64,000 nucleotides of DNA, taken from NCBI GenBank assembly GCA_051530055.1, contig CM121341.1, positions 13,308,784-13,372,783 of the forward strand, given 5' to 3'. The DNA comes from Neoechinorhynchus agilis (Eukaryota; Animalia; Acanthocephala). Within the stretch, counting starts at the first letter, position 1. Each line of letters opens with the position of its first letter. The notes beneath the pieces are model-generated. The model worked only from the letters and a program-made list of their open reading frames with translations, had not been told where the DNA came from and did not search any database. Shown one piece after another: positions 1 to 11,444 of the stretch. A program made the translations under genes and the position numbers.

Positions 1-410
1 AAGGTAATTCCAGCATTTATACGGGACGAGCTATCCGCTATGTTACTGTTATGATTCTCACTTCACCATTGTAGATCCCTGAAGACGCCGTTAAACGGCG
101 AAAGTTTTGAAAAACAAAAGACTTATAAATAAGTGCGCAAATTGTCAAACAAAATTTAAGGGGGCAAAGATTAAACAATGCGCGATAATCAACCGGTGAT
201 CCATTGGATTATTAACATGTGGTTGGACAAACCGATACTCACCGCTGTAATAAACTACATAGCGATGTTGGAAAGTTTGAAGAGTCGAGAGCAGCGAATC
301 CTATTCCTTAAGAGATGTCTTAAGAATAAGGTAATTCCAGCATTTATACGGGACGAGCTATCCGCAATGTCACTGTTATGATTGTCACTTCTCCACTTCA
401 CCATTGTAGA

Positions 411-445
411 TCCCTGAAGAGGCCGTTAAACGGCGAAAGCTTGGA
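411..445 (+). ncRNA. Minimal type I hammerhead ribozyme (intact)
   Basis: UCC-CUGAAGA-G-GCCGU(UAA)ACGGC-GAA-AGCU-U^GGA: core, 5-bp helix II, palindromic AGCU in place of helix III, helix I UCC/GGA. Confidence 0.8.
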
Positions 446-512
446 AAAACAAAAGACTTATAAATAAGTGCGCAAATTGTCAAACAAAATTTAAGGGGAC
501 AAAGATTAAACA

Positions 513-719
513 ATGCGCCTGAATAATCAACCGGTGATCCATTGGATTATTAACATGTGGTTGGACAAACCGATACTCACCGCTGTAATAAACTACATAG
601 CGATGTTGGAAAGTTTGAAGAGTCGAGAGCAGCGAATCCTATTCCTTAAGAGATGTCTTAAGAATAAGGTAATTCCAGCATTTATACGGGACGAGCTATC
701 CGCAATGTCACTGTTATGA
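513..719 (+). CDS. 68-aa ORF resembling the N-terminal domain of Penelope-like element proteins; paralogous ORFs at 178-381, 852-1085, 1190-1396 and 1528-1734
   Basis: The LKSREQRILFLKRCLKNKVIPAFIR motif resembles the recalled PLE N-terminal pattern L..L.FL..C....iIP.Fi. Translation is not shown. Confidence 0.5.
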   Translation: MRLNNQPVIHWIINMWLDKPILTAVINYIAMLESLKSREQRILFLKRCLKNKVIPAFIRDELSAMSLL

Positions 720-748
720 TTGTCACTTCTCCACTTCACCATTGTAGA

Positions 749-783
749 TCCCTGAAGAGGCCGTTAAACGGCGAAAGCTTGGA
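749..783 (+). ncRNA. Minimal type I hammerhead ribozyme (intact)
   Basis: Same sequence as 411-445. Confidence 0.8.
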
Positions 784-1425
784 AAAACAAAAGACTGACA
801 AATCACTTCACCGATTGTCAAACAAAATTAAAGGGGAAAAAAGATTAAACAATGCGCCTGAATAGTCAAGCGGTGATCCATTGGATTGTCAACAATCGTT
901 TGGACAAACCGATACTCACCGCTGTAATAAACTACATGGCGATGTTCGAAAGGTTGAAGAGTCGAGAGCAGCGAATCCTATTCCTTAAGAGATGTCTTAA
1001 GAACAAGGTAATTCCAGCATTTATACGGGCGGGCGATCCGCTATGTATCTGTTATGATTCTCACTTCTCCAATTCACCATTGTAGATCGCTGAAGAATCC
1101 GTTGAACGGCAAAAGCTTGGAAAAACAAAAGACTAATTAATCAGTGCGCCGATTGTCAAACAAAATTAAAGGGGGAAAAAGATTAAACAATGCGTCTGGA
1201 TAATCAAGCGGAGATCCATAGGATTATCAACACGCGGTTGGACAAACCGATACTCACCGCGGTAATAAACTACATGGCGATGTTGGAAAGTTTGAAGAGT
1301 CGAGAGCGACGAATCCCATTCCTTAAGAGATGTCTTAAGAACAAGGTAGTTCCAGCATTTATACGGGACGAGTTATCCGCTATGTCACTGTTATGATTTT
1401 CACTTCTCTACTTCACCATTGTAGA

Positions 1426-1460
1426 TCCCTGAAGAGGCCGTTAAACGGCGAAAGCTTGGA
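1426..1460 (+). ncRNA. Minimal type I hammerhead ribozyme (intact)
   Basis: Same sequence as 411-445. Neighbouring copies at ~1087-1121 and ~1765-1799 carry G12>A and are probably inactive. Confidence 0.8.
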
Positions 1461-2103
1461 AAAACAAAACTGATAAATCAGTTCGCCGATTGTCAAACAA
1501 AATTAAAGTGGATTAAAAGATTAAACAATGCGCCTGAATAATCAAGCGGAGATCCATAGGATTATCAACACGCGGTTGGACAAACCGATACTCACCGCTG
1601 TAATAAACTACATGGCGATGTTGGAAAGTTTGAAGAGTCGAGAGCAGCGAATCCCATTCCTTAAGAGATGTCTTAAGAACAAGGTAATTCCAGCATTTAT
1701 ACGGGACGAGTTATCCGCTATGTCACTGCTATGATTCTCACTTCTCCACTTCAAAATTTGTAGATCCCTGAAGAGGCCGTTGAACGGCAAAAGCTTTTAA
1801 AAACAAAAGACTAATTAATCAGTGCGCCGATTGTGAAACAAAATTAAAGGGGGGAAAAGATTAAACAATTCGTCTGGATAATCAAGCGGAGATCCATAGG
1901 ATTATCAACACGCGGTTGGACAAACCGATACTCACCGCTGTAATAAACTACATGGCGATGCTGGAAAGTTTGAAGAGTCGAGAGCAGCGAATCCCATTCC
2001 TTAAGAGATGTCTTAAGAACAAGGTAGTTCCAGCATTTATACGGGACGAGTTATCCGCTATGTCACTGTTATGATTCTCACTTCTCTACTTCATCATTGT
2101 AGA

Positions 2104-2138
2104 TCCCTGAAGAGGCCGTTAAACGGCGAAAGCTTGGG
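2104..2138 (+). ncRNA. Minimal type I hammerhead ribozyme (intact)
   Basis: Core and helix II intact; helix I is UCC/GGG. Confidence 0.78.
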
Positions 2139-3140
2139 AAAACAAAAGACTGATAAATCAGTTCGCCGATTGTCAAACAAAATTAAAGTGGATTAAAAGA
2201 TTAAACAATGCGCCTGAATAATCACGCGGTGATCCATAGGATTGTCAACGGTCCTTATCCGTTAATATGGGTATATGCAGTCGAGGGATGTCCGTTCGGG
2301 AGGTAATATCTGTTCGGAGGGATGTCTATTCGGGTAGGAACTATCCAGTCGGGGATGGTTCGTTCGGGTAAGAATGTGTCCGTTCTTTTGAGAATATTTT
2401 GTTTGGTTTGAAGGTCCGTTCTCGAGGGAATTGGCGGATATTGTTTGCGGGAGAACTTGTAAGGTTGGTCTTTCCTCAGAATCATTTCAACTTCTGATAT
2501 CCGAGAAGATTGGGCAACATGGAGAAAGGAGCGCAGATATAAGGAGGCGCGAGGTATAGGAGGGCGAAACGGATTAGGATTACGAGTGCTGCGTTCATGA
2601 GAAAAGGTGGTGATGTGTGATAGAAAATGGTGGTGGTAGGGTTTATATGCGTTTTGATTGTTTTATGGAACTATGATGAGTTTCTAATTCGGGCAAATCA
2701 TTGAGATAGGAGCCCTATTTTTCGAATGTTATAAGTAAAGAAAATTCACAGATCTCGAAATTCTTTGAGAAGTTTTGATGGTTAAATCATTGACTCTATG
2801 CAATCAAGGCACAAACCGAGGTCGTTATATGTTTCTTATCCCAGTGCATTTCTTTGGTACAATCGTTGTTTAAGTTTTAGTTTTCGCTGTATTATTAATG
2901 ATTTAAAAGGCTGATCGTCCAATTTGTTCACCCTTTATCCTTGGGCGTACACGCGTCGTGCGCTTTCCCTGTATACTTCACATTTCGTTTTTAGATTTAA
3001 ACTTAAGGAATGCCTTTGAAAAATAGATCCTTTAAGCTGTAACACAGCCAAAAATTGCATTTTTTCCTTCTTTAGAATGTCCTCTTGTGCTACGGCCACA
3101 GGACCTATCATAATAGTCAATATTTTTATAAAATCTAAAT

Positions 3141-4748
3141 TCATACGATATAGTGATCAAAGAACATTTTGCCTTGTCTTCGGTGAGTAAAGTCGTATGC
3201 GCCACGTCTACGCCAACAACAAAGTACTTGAGTTGATTTGATAAGTGGATATAAAACAATCGGTGCAGATACCATTGTGCTCCAAATCCATCCGACAATC
3301 CTAGCATTCCGGCCAAACCCGGAATCAGTTTCAAATATCTCTTCAAGTGAAAAAACGTGTAAAATCAAACATGCCATTGGTACAACAATCTTTAGTACGG
3401 GTCGTATGAATTCGATGAAATTTGAGTTAATTTCTTCATAAAATGCGGTTTGTAGCTGAATTAAGAAAACTCGAAAGTCGTAGATGGCAAAGATGCCGGC
3501 GATTTCCAAAATTGCAACAATGAACAGTGCTGGCATTACAGTAAATGTATCGAAGAAGGAAATAAGGAAGTTTCCTTTGGTTTCCAGGACGGTTGGAATC
3601 GATATTAGACAAGAAATGGTGACAATCAAAAATCTATTGAGCTTTTCGTTCTTCATTGACCATTTGAATTGACCAACAAGAGCCGCGTGGATTGTCTCGA
3701 CGAGAGCCATAGTTGTGTTTAAGGCCATTAAGAAGAGACTTCCAAAAAACGCAAATGAATGAAGATGCGGTAATTTGGATTGGTGGACGTGGATTAGATA
3801 TTCCGAGAAAATCATTGAGTAATGCGCAATATTGGTGTGATTATTTGACCAAACGGCTTCAATAGAGTATCCAATCCCTGAAAATACCGTTAACGCTGAA
3901 ATAAAACCCATCGTAATGGATCCGGCGGATAAAAAGATCACGAGCTTAATAACGTCTTTCAATTTTAGTGTTTCTGTATTGCTATAAGAGGAGTACGTGC
4001 TTAGAACACCTAGACCGATACCAAGAATCCGGAATGAATAAAATCCCGCATCTTCCCATGTACTGAAATATCCAAGAACGGATATATCCGGCCTTATAAC
4101 CATTTTCATGCCTTCCCTGCAGTTCTCATTAAACAACGACACAATTAAAATTAATAAAAAAATAAAGACTGGAGTAACTGCTGTAACGTAAGATACTCTT
4201 CCAATGCTTCTCGGACCGTGATATACGAGTAGATAAGTGAGAATACTTATAAGAACTAAGAGTGGTACCAGTTCAGTTTGAAGTCCGAATACTTGTTGTT
4301 TTTCGTTTGAAAGTGTTGTGTTGAGAAGAACTTGATTTGAGTTCCACTGAGTACTGATTGATTCGAGGCATAGACGAAGTATATGGGTTGAAAGCCCGTT
4401 GTTGATAAAAAGAGCGTTTAGACAAATTACGAGAACCGTAATACCTAAACCTTTAAGTGGACGGAATATCGATCCAAATGCCATTATGACACCGTCGGAA
4501 AATACGTGTCCCATAAATAGCTCGAATCCAGCCAATGGGATTCCTAACAGGACAAAGGACACAATAAGTGGTACAATAAATACAAGACCACCGTTTCTGT
4601 ACATTAACAACGGAAATTGTAAAACACTTGCAAGACTGCAAATGAATCCCATGAGTGTAATGAAATATGAATATTTATTTGGGAATCGCTCTTTTTGTTT
4701 CATTGGTATTGGTGGAATGGGTACGCTGATCATTATTCTAAAAGACAT
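3141..4748 (-). CDS. Intronless SLC6 / sodium:neurotransmitter symporter family transporter, 535 aa, divergent
   Basis: GFICSLASVLQFPLLMYRNGGLVFIVP...GIPLAGFELFMGH aligns to SNF TM1-TM2 (GLGNVWRFPYL..NGGGAFL.PY...GIPL..LE..LGQ); multiple hydrophobic segments. Confidence 0.85.
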   Translation of the reverse strand: MSFRIMISVPIPPIPMKQKERFPNKYSYFITLMGFICSLASVLQFPLLMYRNGGLVFIVPLIVSFVLLGIPLAGFELFMGHVFSDGVIMAFGSIFRPLKGLGITVLVICLNALFINNGLSTHILRLCLESISTQWNSNQVLLNTTLSNEKQQVFGLQTELVPLLVLISILTYLLVYHGPRSIGRVSYVTAVTPVFIFLLILIVSLFNENCREGMKMVIRPDISVLGYFSTWEDAGFYSFRILGIGLGVLSTYSSYSNTETLKLKDVIKLVIFLSAGSITMGFISALTVFSGIGYSIEAVWSNNHTNIAHYSMIFSEYLIHVHQSKLPHLHSFAFFGSLFLMALNTTMALVETIHAALVGQFKWSMKNEKLNRFLIVTISCLISIPTVLETKGNFLISFFDTFTVMPALFIVAILEIAGIFAIYDFRVFLIQLQTAFYEEINSNFIEFIRPVLKIVVPMACLILHVFSLEEIFETDSGFGRNARIVGWIWSTMVSAPIVLYPLIKSTQVLCCWRRRGAYDFTHRRQGKMFFDHYIV

Positions 4749-6062
4749 ACCAGGTAGGATTTAAATAAAACCGCTTCTACACCAAATTAAGTATTCCTCT
4801 CTAATGCAGCGTTCAGTTTTCAATGCGTCGAATAACCAACTTATTTAAAAACGACGTGTAAACGTATTTTATATTTGTATTCGTTTGCGAGTGGCCAATC
4901 ACGTTACACGAAGGCGTTGCTTTTCAGACAATAGGTTTTATAATTATACGCTTTGCTCGTTAAATCGAATAATTAAGTCTAATTAAGCTCAAACTGAATG
5001 AATTACACATTCTGCACTTAATCAATAGACTTTCTCGCTTAATTCCAGAATAATTCGGACAATGAGGCTTTAAAAACTATACCTTTTCATCTCATGGGTC
5101 TAATTAAACTTTTATTTGAATTGATCAACATTTTTGAAGTTGACAGATGAACTTCATTGAAGCATTTTAATTAAAGCTAGTTGACAATCATTCTTTTTCA
5201 CTCGCTTTTTTATTTTTCGGCTATCGATGCAATATTGTTTGCCATAGCCAGTATCGAGATTCACAACTTTTGCGGTTAAAACTTTATAAATAATCTCAAA
5301 TAAATGTTTGATACGTTGTGCTGAGTCAATGTTGCGAGGTAGAGAATTAAAGTAGCGAACAGAAATGCAAAACTCAAAATCGCATTTATTCGCCTTCGTT
5401 AAACAATAAATCTTAAACATAACGGCTTCTTGTATCCCCGTCACGCTCCAGTAAGGTTTAAATGTTGAAAACACACTTAGATCTCAATTTTCACCGTCAT
5501 TTCATCTACTCATCCCTAAAGTCGATTATATTTGTAAATTCGTTTCGCTTATTGGTGACATTTCAAAGGTTATTGAAGCTAATTGGCTTTATACCAAGGA
5601 CATCGGTCAAGTCGGAAATCCATGTTTATTTAAAAAGACTATTTTATACATTTCTAAAATATTATTCAAATCTTATAAAGCTTTATTGAAAACGTTAGGA
5701 AGGAATCTTAAATACGGCATTCGATACAGAAGAGGGCTTATCTTTAGTACGTCTTAATTTAGCTAATCGGCTGTACCGCTATTCAGGGCTGTTTAAACAA
5801 AAATCTGAACTGATGAAACTGCAAGTTCGCAATGATTGCCGTTATTTTCGTATGTCCAACCCCTATCCGGCACTCTGGATAAGGTGACAGTTGAAGCCTG
5901 CTGATAAACGCACTTTGATCCATTTAACAAGTTTGCTACAATTGAAATTGTGATTCATCTTTTCCAACGCATACAACTGTAAATTCATTCGAAAATGACT
6001 CAAGAGTATGAAAAAAGAGTTATAACGTCCTCAACAGAATCACAAAGTTTTGCTTTTTAAAT

Positions 6063-9000
6063 ATGGATAATTCTCCTTCGTCAGCGGTTCTATTTGAGCG
6101 TATCGACAAACTAAAGAGCGGTATTCTTCTCCAAAAATGTAGCAAAATTAAGATATCGAACCCTTGCCCTTACGTCATAAACTACAATTACAATTTTCTT
6201 GTTCCAAAGTCTGCTTCAGCGAAGTCAAGATCAATATTTCAAGGGATTTTTGGTAACCGTAAACAAATTCAAAAAAGTAAGACAAGTTTAAAAAAATTAT
6301 TGCAAGATTATACTCGCGAAATTACGACAAACTGTAATTGCTCAGTGCAGACTTAAATGTTTTCCAAGTAAAATGCCCCTGTGAAATTTTCAGCCGCAAA
6401 TGTTGATCGTGAGCAGCAACCTTTTTTTATGTTTCCCTAAAAACATTAATATTGTTTTCTACATTAGGCTTATTGCTTTTTAATTCTAGTTGACCTTAGA
6501 AGTATGAATCAAGTTCGGATCGGTTTACAGAGTCAGGTACATAGAATGCACCTAGAATACCATCGATTAAAAACAACTGATGTGAGTACGTTTTCGAAAA
6601 AATCGCTAAACATGAGTATTTGCAGGAAAAAAGGGCATTTTCATTCACTTTTTTCGGAGGGAAAAAATCGCTGAGCTTTTTGACTCATTCTAAAGCAGAT
6701 TGTGAAACTTGCGTTGATGCATTGCGTGAAGTACTTCAAACTAGGAGAAAAGCGCGAGATGAAGCTTCCATTGGACTTGGCAAATATTCATTAGAGTATT
6801 TCATTCTCCAACAGAATTGTATTTCCTGCATGTAACCGATATGTTCTTTAGATGGCTGCGCCATGAATTTCTTGCTGCAGACGAAAATGAAGATGGACAA
6901 CTAAGTTTAGAGGAAATCACGAATCTATTCCGAAATTTCCATATTAAAAACGATGGTGAATATAAGCGGCTGATACAAAATCTGATGGTAAGGCTAATTT
7001 TCAGCTGATTTTCTCGACAGCAAGTATATATTTTTTTTACTAGAAAGAATATCAAATTACTTAACGGAGTTCATCGTTCAATGGTTAAAATTAATATTGA
7101 TCGCCTAAATACTTACTACCAGTCATGTATTCTTCTTTAACATATTTGGGAATACGCAAACCGTTCTTAAGATTTTTAACTTTAAAATTGAAATTATGGT
7201 TTTGCCAATTTTTGTAATTGAAAGTCCATGTTCAAAATCTATTAATGTAAGAATCGACGGAAAATGCAATATCGAAAATCCCTCTTATTGCTTTATTCGC
7301 GGGTTATTTCTGCTCATTGTGTACGCAAATAATATAATATATTTTTTCAATAAAGTATTTAGCATAAAAATGTTAATGAACTTCTTTAGTCCTTAATTTT
7401 TACTGGCTTTCTTCTTATGGTTTCAAGCATTTTCATACTGTCATCTATTGTACTAAATACGCTATATTTTTCAACAAGATTTGTTACTATCTCTTCAATT
7501 TCTGATTTTTTTCCTTTTCACGTCATTTAACTTCTCGTACTTCACAATTTTGGAAAATCATCCGAATGTTTATTTTCTTAAATACAGTGAAGCAACAAAG
7601 TTTATTAAAAGTATGACTATTTCCTTAGACGACAAGTGGCAAGAATTATTTGAGTGATGTGGATTTCTTCGCACTGCTTGGTTTTATAACAACCCGAACA
7701 GATATCAGCGATATCATCTATCGGTAAATATAAAAACCTCTTGTATACGATGACGCTAAATTTTAGTTTCAAATAGCTATTCAAACGAACGCGCATACGA
7801 TTTATCAGCAAATGAACTTGTATCTTTTTTTAGAGGTGCCTTAAAGGTTAGATTTTTTAACAATTGCCTAAATTCCCAGAGTTATCAAAGGAAGAGCGTA
7901 GCATCTCTGAATGCAATGAGATGATAAAACAATTTGAATTAGATCCAAATTTTCTTGAACATGGAATTATAAGCGCCTATAGTTTGTTGCACTTTTTTAA
8001 GCATTAGAGTGCGCTTCCAAAGGTCTCGAGGCTATACTTCTTTTGCCGAAAAATTTATTACTTGATTATGGGAAGATATCAAGAGTATATCATGATATGA
8101 GCAAGCCGCTTTCTTCGTATTTCATAAACACTTCACATAATACGTGAGTTTTTGAGTTAAATGAATGAAATATTCATGTAGCAGGGCACAGATACTTGCT
8201 TCAAGATCAACTCGCTGGAGAAGTTAGCATCGAAGCTTATACAAGAGCACTGTTGATGGGATGTCGCTGCGTTGAACGTAAGTGTTTAGAATAGTTAAAA
8301 AAATTAAGGAATAATTCGCAGTCGATGTACAAGATGGACCCAACGGTTATCCACAAATATTCCACAAGATGACACTCACGAAGATTTACGCAATGAGTCT
8401 CATGGACACTCTTTTAGCCATCAAAGAAAATGCGTTTACAAAATCAATGTAAGTTTGTTTTTGCTTTGAAAAATCGACTCCCATGTTTTTCAACAAACAA
8501 TTATACATGGAGATCTAGCAAACGCGCAAAAATTCACATGAAACGACCAAAAGATATCATTCTTTAGTTTACCCGGGTTTCAATAATTTTACGATGAACT
8601 TAAAGACTTTAAATTATAAGATGCCACCATACCTTTAAAGAGTCCAAGTTTGTATTCTGCACAGCGCGTTATTGATTTTTAATCTATTCTGATTAGCAAT
8701 GATATGGCAAGATACCATATTTAGATTTTATTTTCGTCTAATCGTTCATCTTAGCACTGTTCGATTTGTTTAGTTATCCGCTCATTCTAAACATTGAGAA
8801 TTCATGTGGTTATGAACAACAAATCACAATGGCTAATATGATTAAACAGGTGCTTGGAACGTTGTTAGCGCCCATGCAGCTATTCAAGTCATGCAAGCAA
8901 CTCCCATCACCAGCTCAGTTAATGAATATGGTTTTAATAAGGGTAAAACATGTTAAAAGAAAAACAAAACTGATCAAAAGATTTTAGTCTCGAGCAAAGG

Positions 9001-9969
9001 CCAAAAGAAACGCAGTGATTGCGAATGAGCTTGTCGATATCATCCACATCCACACAAATCATCTTTCTAAACTGGATGCTGATACTTTTAAAAGTTAGCC
9101 AAAAATTCTTTTTTTCGTGCTTGATTTCCCTCCAGTGCCCGCTAATCAGTCTTGTTCAGTCGATGAAAATGTCGGTGAAAAATTGATCCGTACCAACAGT
9201 GGTGCAATGAAAAGTTTTTGTAAAAAGTATCTACTGAGAATATATCCTTTGGGACTTAGAATCGACAGTTCAAATTATAATCCGTACACACATTGGAAAT
9301 ACGGTGCTCAACTCGGTTAGTTCCTCTCGATTTTCCATCTAGAATCGAACGTAATATTCGCAGTGGCGCTAAATTTTCAAACGGACAAATTGGAAATGTC
9401 ATCCAACCATGGCCTTTTCTTAGATAACGGTGGGTGTGGATACGTCCTTAAACCTCCACAATACGCAACCTGCTCGGCTAATCTTAAACTCAAGGTTTCC
9501 TTTCGAAACACTTAAATTTCTTATATGAAACGTTGGTGTAGTTGATTAGCGGCCAACATCTTGTTCCTCCAACAGCATTCATTAAAAGAATTCAACGGGC
9601 CAATGGTATATATGTAATGATTGTGGTTATTGGTGAAAAACTCGGTTTTAAATATCGGACTCAAACTGTATACGATAATTTTTTAACTCCAAGATTTGAT
9701 TACTCAATGGAATTGAGAATCGACGATATATACATGACTGCTCTACAGTTCCTCGTTATGACTTCCCCGAAAAACTCTGTTATCAGTTCAGTATCAGTAC
9801 CGATACATCTTACGAAGCCAGGTAAATCGAAGATCAATTGTCACTCATCTTGATTAAGATAGGATATCGCCACGTTCAACTGCTGGATTCCTTTAATGAC
9901 CCGATTGCAATGTCATCTCTCTTTGTCTATACGGAAATGAAGCTAATTCATACTACAGCTGAGTTGTAA
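6063..9969 (+). CDS. Phosphoinositide phospholipase C (PH, EF-hand, X, Y, C2), multi-exon; start approximate
   Basis: TSHNT|YLLQDQL, GCRCVE|[60 protein letters not shown]; GT-AG introns mostly 44-50 nt. Confidence 0.9.
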
Positions 9970-10758
9970 GTTTCTAAATGAGCGAGTAAATTCTTTGAAT
10001 AAAAGCGCCACTATTTTATTTCGAGTGTGAGTCTTTTGTATTAATCCCAGTAAAATTGATTTTAAAGCCAAAATATATTTGCAAAAATTCAACGAAATTC
10101 TAATTTCCATATAAGATATCTATAGCTCTGTGGAAACTGCTGATGGTTTTTCAAAACATTATGAGTCTGTACTTCCTTTGTTAGTGACCGAATGGCAGAT
10201 TTAATTTGATCTCATATCGACCTCAAAATGTATATGAAGTACCGAAATTAATTTTGCGAATCTTTTGTTTTAAAATGCACCAATAATGAGACAACATTTT
10301 GCTATCTTGAGAATGTGCTAATAAACTACTACTTTGTCAATTCTCCATCTATGCATGGAAAAATTTTTTTGCCAACTTATGCAAATTATAAAATTTTATG
10401 ACTGACTTGAAATTTAGCCCTGGACCAATTTTAACATTTGTAGTATCTATTCATTTTCATGAGTTCTTCGGAATCCATTTGTCTAACCGAACCCATCCTT
10501 TTGCATTCATAAAATAGTGCAAGATATATATGGTGTTTTTAATAATTACTTATTTTTATTTACACCAATGGAAAATGTTGTTTATAAAATCCCAAAAATG
10601 TGTATCTATTTTCAACGTTTTGATTCGGTTGAAATTTTATTTTTAATTTCAAATTTTAAATTTAAGATTTTGATACAAAGAGTACCTAGTTCCCTTTCCG
10701 GAATTCAAAAAGCATACAATTTTCTTATAGTACAACAAAACCCGAGCGCATTACCCAA

Positions 10759-11444
10759 TCACAACCAATGATCATATTTTCCACTTTCCCTCAATCGTTT
10801 GCATCTCAATTGCATGAATTTGTTTGCAATGAAAGGTCGCATTTGTTCACTGTCACAATGCGGGCACTTTCCATTCTTGGATTCCTCCGATTCTAAACAT
10901 GCCAGACAAAAAGTATATTGACAACACTTAACCTGTGTAGGATCGACCATTAGCTTTTTGCAAACTTTACACAAGTGTTTTTCATCCCCTGCTCGCAATC
11001 CGAATTTAGGGCGAATTATTTTCGGTGCTTTTGGTGGTGAATTCATCAATGCTTCCAAGTCCTCTTTTCGTTTTATGCTTTCCGTGAGCAAATCCTTAAC
11101 TTTATCACCAGGATTTTCATCTTCTTCTATTGGTAAAATGATTTCTGTTGTCTTTGGGCACCGAACAACAATTACATGCTGGTTTTTGCTGATAAAGTGA
11201 GCAGGGTGATATAAAACTGCAATAAGAGTATATTAAGCTTTTTGAATTTATAATAGAAAAACCTACGCTTGTTTGTTTCCGCATCGTAGAACGTGAGTTT
11301 GAAATCTTCAGCATACTTCAACATATCTTTTTGCTTCATGATTTGATACTCGAAAGCCTCGAGGCGAATTCCTTTGCCTTTTATTTCCATGGATTGATAA
11401 TCCTTTTCACTTTTGAACTTGTAATAAACTAAAGCTTTTGCCAT
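10759..11444 (-). CDS. RBBP6: RBBP6/Mpe1-like protein (DWNN ubiquitin-like domain + RING), 2 exons, ~211 aa
   Basis: VYYKFKSEKDY...ISKNQHVIVVRCP (DWNN) and CKVC...CCQYTFCLAC...CPHC (RING). The 50-nt intron 11217-11266 gives a 636-nt frame. Confidence 0.8.

Larger units (their letters stand above)
1..2249 (+). repeat. Tandem array of ~335-340 bp units (about 6.7 units, runs off the window start); Penelope-like pLTR / retrozyme-like, one hammerhead core per unit
   Basis: Equivalent ORF starts at 178, 513, 852, 1190, 1528, 1868 (ATT) and 2208. Hammerhead cores (C3) at 79, 414, 752, 1090, 1429, 1768 and 2107. Confidence 0.95.

Noticed and set aside
1-2249. CRISPR-like or host multigene interpretation of the array
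   Set aside because: There are no unique spacers, whole units are repeated, the context is eukaryotic, and the ORF overlaps a retroelement-type repeat
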